Shown: positions 60,421 through 64,000 of the stretch, in pieces
Layout of the letters: every line of letters starts with the position of its first letter
Position numbering within the stretch: position 1 is the first letter of the stretch
Origin: Akkermansiaceae bacterium
GTDB taxonomy: Bacteria; Verrucomicrobiota; Verrucomicrobiia; Verrucomicrobiales; Akkermansiaceae
Assembly: GCA_051251915.1 (NCBI GenBank)
Contig: JBPOGF010000012.1
Location: 74,718-138,717, forward strand
Direction of reading: 5' to 3'
Length of the DNA stretch: 64,000 nt
Made by a program: the position numbers and the translations under genes
Notes under the pieces: generated by a model
Told to the model about the DNA's origin: nothing
The model's input: the letters and a program-made list of their open reading frames with translations, nothing else
The model's database searches: none

Positions 60421-61626
60421 TCATTCTTTTAAAGTTGGTAACAGCATTCCCTCACCATCAAGACCTTCCAGATCCGGAAAGTCATCAAATGGAAGCATTT
60501 CCGGATCAACGTGCTGCTTATACTGATCCTTAGCATGTATCCCATGGAGTCGGCCAGGAAATGCGAATTGATCCATCAACTCACCCTTATAATATAACTC
60601 CACCACATGCCCAAAGTAGCGCCTTTCGCCAAATAAATGCACATCAGCCAGCTCCAACTCAGGCAGCTGATACACAGCCTCAGCACTCTCCTCCACATTC
60701 CCCGACCAGTCAGTTGGCTCAGTCACCCAGCGCTTCGCTATGTTTTGCTCTCGCTGCTGTGGCACTGGCTCCACTACTTTATTATCCACGATATCGTAAA
60801 AGAAAATCCTCACATCAATCTGCGAAGGCTCAATCTCCCGTTTCGTAAGCCTCCTCACCGGTATAGTCACCCGCGCTCTAAGTTGATCCGCACTCACCCG
60901 CTGCACCACATTTCCAAGATGAAATGGCACCACATCCGGAGCATCCTTCACTCCATTAGCTATCTTATCAGTTGCTATCTCATAATAAGCCCCCACTTCA
61001 GGCCCGAGACCAAATAACTTATCATACTCGTCGCCCGCTCGCTCCCAATTCCTCATATCCTCAAATACCAGCGCCCTTCGATAAATGATCGCCGGCTCAT
61101 CAGGATCGATGATTTCAGCCTCAGCCAGCTTCAAGATCGCTCGCACCACATCACCAGATAAATGCAGCCCCTTCGCCTCCTCCACGAGTTTCTCCACCCT
61201 ACTATTTTTAATCGGCATAAACCTCCCCTGATCCATTAATGGCTCAGGTCGGATACTTCCACCTGGTGTTCGCCGCTTAGGAATGTTTCTCTGCGGAACA
61301 TGCAGTTTATAATCGGCACCATCCTCACCATCTTTACCGTATGCCTTTAAAATATCATCATAACTCCTAGGCTTCTGCTTCTCCACATCTGGCAACTCAT
61401 CAGCCAGAGTAGGAATATACACCTTCATCACCTCACCAGCCTCAAGCACTTCTACCACGCGCGTCTCGCCCACTCTGCTAGCCAACGCCACCCCCACCAT
61501 CACCAGCTGAATAAATGCCATCAGCCCCAGCAAACCACAAACAATGGCAAACGTCGGACGTCTACGCAATGCTACCGTATCGGCAACATCCGCTCGTCCC
61601 TCACCTAATGGCTCATTTTCTAACAT
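60421..61626 (-). CDS. Membrane-anchored TPR-containing hypothetical protein
   Basis: N-terminal TM; TPR-like AILKLAEAEIIDPDEP...RALVFE. Confidence 0.7.
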   Translation of the reverse strand: MLENEPLGEGRADVADTVALRRRPTFAIVCGLLGLMAFIQLVMVGVALASRVGETRVVEVLEAGEVMKVYIPTLADELPDVEKQKPRSYDDILKAYGKDGEDGADYKLHVPQRNIPKRRTPGGSIRPEPLMDQGRFMPIKNSRVEKLVEEAKGLHLSGDVVRAILKLAEAEIIDPDEPAIIYRRALVFEDMRNWERAGDEYDKLFGLGPEVGAYYEIATDKIANGVKDAPDVVPFHLGNVVQRVSADQLRARVTIPVRRLTKREIEPSQIDVRIFFYDIVDNKVVEPVPQQREQNIAKRWVTEPTDWSGNVEESAEAVYQLPELELADVHLFGERRYFGHVVELYYKGELMDQFAFPGRLHGIHAKDQYKQHVDPEMLPFDDFPDLEGLDGEGMLLPTLKE

Positions 61627-61711
61627 AGACTATCAATTAACTGATCCACCCTCCCCTGAAAAGCCACAAATCACCAACTTGTAAAATTGGACAATTTATT
61701 AGCCTCAAATA

Positions 61712-61750
61712 AACAACAAAAGCTCCCTTCCATTACAGAAGAGAGCTTTC
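61712..61750 (-). terminator. Intrinsic terminator after L36 gene
   Basis: AAAGCTCTCTTC/GAAGGGAGCTTT stem then TGTTGTT on minus strand. Confidence 0.7.
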
Positions 61751-61782
61751 ATAAAATAGACTAATTATAAATCTATAAAGGA

Positions 61783-61947
61783 CTACTTAACGCCCTTCTT
61801 AGATAGCTTAGTGCCACGTGTTGTGCCCTGACGAGCCTTGAATTTAGGGTTTGTCTTGCAAATAACGTAAAGGGTTCCCTTACGCTTTACAACTTGGCAA
61901 TCTTCGTGGCGGCGCTTCATTGAAGCTAGTGATGATAAAACTTTCAT
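61783..61947 (-). CDS. rpmJ: 50S ribosomal protein L36, type B, with C-terminal extension (below ORF-track cutoff)
   Basis: Manual translation [54 protein letters not shown] (54 aa). Confidence 0.93.
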   Translation of the reverse strand: MKVLSSLASMKRRHEDCQVVKRKGTLYVICKTNPKFKARQGTTRGTKLSKKGVK

Positions 61948-62303
61948 ATCTTTAAAAAATCTGTGGTTGGAGGGCGAAAACTACCCAAATTCCGTTACTT
62001 GTAAAGCCGATTCTTCAAAAAAACTCAAAAACACCACATTTACTCCATTTTAGTAGGCTTCGTTTACCCTCCGAGCACCCAAACACTCAGCCCCTAGAAT
62101 ACCCATTTCCATCACTGCTTATTTCATCTCACCTTCTTACTTCAGTCATCTACAAAAAATAGCACACTAGCCCAAGTCTGAGCACCATGCCCCAACGACC
62201 CACTTGCTTTAAAACGAGCCCTAAATAAAATAACGTCCATTTCAAGATTTGACTATCTGCTCGTTCCCCTTATTGATTAGTTCTTAAAAGTAATTCACCC
62301 TCT

Positions 62304-63329
62304 ATGAAGCTACCCACATTCATCAGCAAACTCATCAAGCCAGATCCCCAAAAAACAGAGTCCATCATGCGTCAGCCCCGCATCGGACTAGCTCTGGGCT
62401 GCGGCGGAGCAAAAGCCCTAGTCCACATGGGAGTGCTGAAAGTTCTAGAAGATCATGACATCCCCATCCATGCCGTCGCAGGCTGCAGCATGGGCGCATA
62501 TGTCGGAGCCTTATGGGCATCCGGCATTTCTGCTGATCAAATGATCCACCTCGCCGCCGAAATGGGCGACAAAGACTCATTCAAAAAACTCGCAGACCCT
62601 GCCGTCCCCCCCATCAAAGGACTCTTCTATGGCCATAAAATCAAAGACCACCTAGAGAAAACCATCGGCAAACCAAAGATCGAAGAACTCGACAGAAAAT
62701 TCATCGCCATCGCCGCTAATCTTGAAAACTACCAGCGAGTAGTCTTCAACTCCGGCGACCTCTTAGAAGCCGTCCACGCCAGCTGCGCCATGCCCGGAAT
62801 CATCGTCCCAGTAGAAGTCAACGGCGTCCGCTGTGTCGATGGGGGCGTAGTCGACCCTGTCCCTGTCAATGCTCTCAAAAAATACACCGATGTAGACTAC
62901 ATCATCGCCATCTGCACCACCCCCACATTAGATGACCTAGACTCAGACGAAGCCGTAGAAGCCGTAGTCCTAGAAGGTGAACAAGATGACACCGAAACCG
63001 CCAGCGCCTGGTTCAGATCAAAAATCTCCTCACTCGGCAAAAAATACAACCCAGTCGCAAAAGGGAATATGTTAGACACCCTAAGACGCAGTCTCAAAGC
63101 CTCACAAATCAGAATCGCACACGATGCCTGCGAGAAAGCAGAAGTCGCCATCTACCCTATCTGCAAAGATTCAGCCTGGGATGAATACGAGCGCTATGAA
63201 CACTTCATCTCACTCGGAGCCAAGGAAACCCTCGCCGCACTGGAACAGATTAAGAACCTAACAAAACCTATCCCGGATCAGAGCTTCGCTCGGGAGCAAG
63301 AAGCTAAAAGCGTGGAGCCACAAGCGTAG
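62304..63329 (+). CDS. Patatin-like phospholipase
   Basis: LGCGGAK oxyanion motif, GCSMG, DGG. Confidence 0.9.
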   Translation: MKLPTFISKLIKPDPQKTESIMRQPRIGLALGCGGAKALVHMGVLKVLEDHDIPIHAVAGCSMGAYVGALWASGISADQMIHLAAEMGDKDSFKKLADPAVPPIKGLFYGHKIKDHLEKTIGKPKIEELDRKFIAIAANLENYQRVVFNSGDLLEAVHASCAMPGIIVPVEVNGVRCVDGGVVDPVPVNALKKYTDVDYIIAICTTPTLDDLDSDEAVEAVVLEGEQDDTETASAWFRSKISSLGKKYNPVAKGNMLDTLRRSLKASQIRIAHDACEKAEVAIYPICKDSAWDEYERYEHFISLGAKETLAALEQIKNLTKPIPDQSFAREQEAKSVEPQA

Positions 63330-63423
63330 ACCGGGAATTGAAAAGTTGCTAGAACTCGCTTGCGGCTTCCTGCTTCACGCTCCCAAGGGCACAGCCCCGC
63401 TCCCCACGTTCCCCAAGCTTCCC

Positions 63424-63864
63424 CTAAAACTCAGCCTTCGGAAAACTCATAACCTGCTCAAGCTTCACCCCATAAGTTGCCGCTATTTCCCTAGCATCAG
63501 ACGACTTGTACTCCTCCTCATAATAGATCTCTTCCACTCCATACGCACACAGAGTCTGCATACACGAAGTGCAAGGTAGCGTTGTCGTCGCTATCACTCT
63601 TGCCTCACCACGCTTGAAAAGACTACACAGATTCACCTCCGCATGCAGCATATATTTCTGCCGTTTGTCCCTGTCATCCCAGAACCCTTCCGGCGCATCA
63701 TAGCCAGGTGCCAATCCGTTATAAGCCGTGCCTATCACCCTATTATCATGATCCAGCGCAGCCGCCCCCACCTTCCGATACGGATCCTCGCTCCGTAAGC
63801 TAGCAACATGCGCTAGCGCCATCACATACTGTGGAATCGTGAGTCTTTCATTATTACAGCTCAT
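63424..63864 (-). CDS. dCMP deaminase family protein (start uncertain)
   Basis: RSEDP..KVGA, YNG, HAE, PCTSC zinc motif. Confidence 0.88.
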   Translation of the reverse strand: MSCNNERLTIPQYVMALAHVASLRSEDPYRKVGAAALDHDNRVIGTAYNGLAPGYDAPEGFWDDRDKRQKYMLHAEVNLCSLFKRGEARVIATTTLPCTSCMQTLCAYGVEEIYYEEEYKSSDAREIAATYGVKLEQVMSFPKAEF

Positions 63865-64000
63865 GCCAAATGCTGGCATAAATCCCCCGAGACACAAATC
63901 ATTAAAATTAGCTCAGCTAACCCGCGTGTTGCCTCATTGAAGCGGACACCGAAAAAAACTTAGTCTTGCCGAGAATAGCTCCCGTTGCCTCATAAATGAG

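Noticed and set aside
63917..64000. Possible 3' end of a minus-strand gene at the window edge
   Set aside because: Only ~27 codons with no recognisable motif

Overview
A 64-kb bacterial chromosomal window, most likely from Verrucomicrobia (PVC superphylum). Evidence for that: a PEP-CTERM protein, tuf-trnW-secE-nusG-rplK order, a system II cytochrome c maturation operon and an alternative complex III. It holds about 50 CDSs and 2 tRNAs (Thr-GGT, Trp-CCA); I saw no rRNA, CRISPR, transposase, integrase or phage genes. Main blocks: an actABCDEF operon continuing into a degenerate cbb3-oxidase-like pair and a cytochrome c (1-12048); housekeeping genes (purU, panE, dapF, valS, tuf, secE, nusG, rplK, kbl, upp, purN, pyrB, type-B L36); twin PAS-PAS-PP2C phosphatases; two pseudokinase modules; paired TPR, vWA and DUF5362-like paralogs; ccsA/resB/dsbD. 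Top observations: (1) a triplicated ~80-nt three-hairpin non-coding RNA candidate at 14354-15004, each copy with its own predicted promoter; (2) a CcoN homologue lacking 5 of 6 metal-ligand histidines, next to a CcoO with Cys in place of the axial Met; (3) a perfect Rex-type operator before actA and a related palindrome over a second sRNA candidate at ~41393-41534; (4) rplK terminated without rplA; (5) recurrent leaderless-type promoters. All family calls come from motif recognition by eye; no database searches were run.
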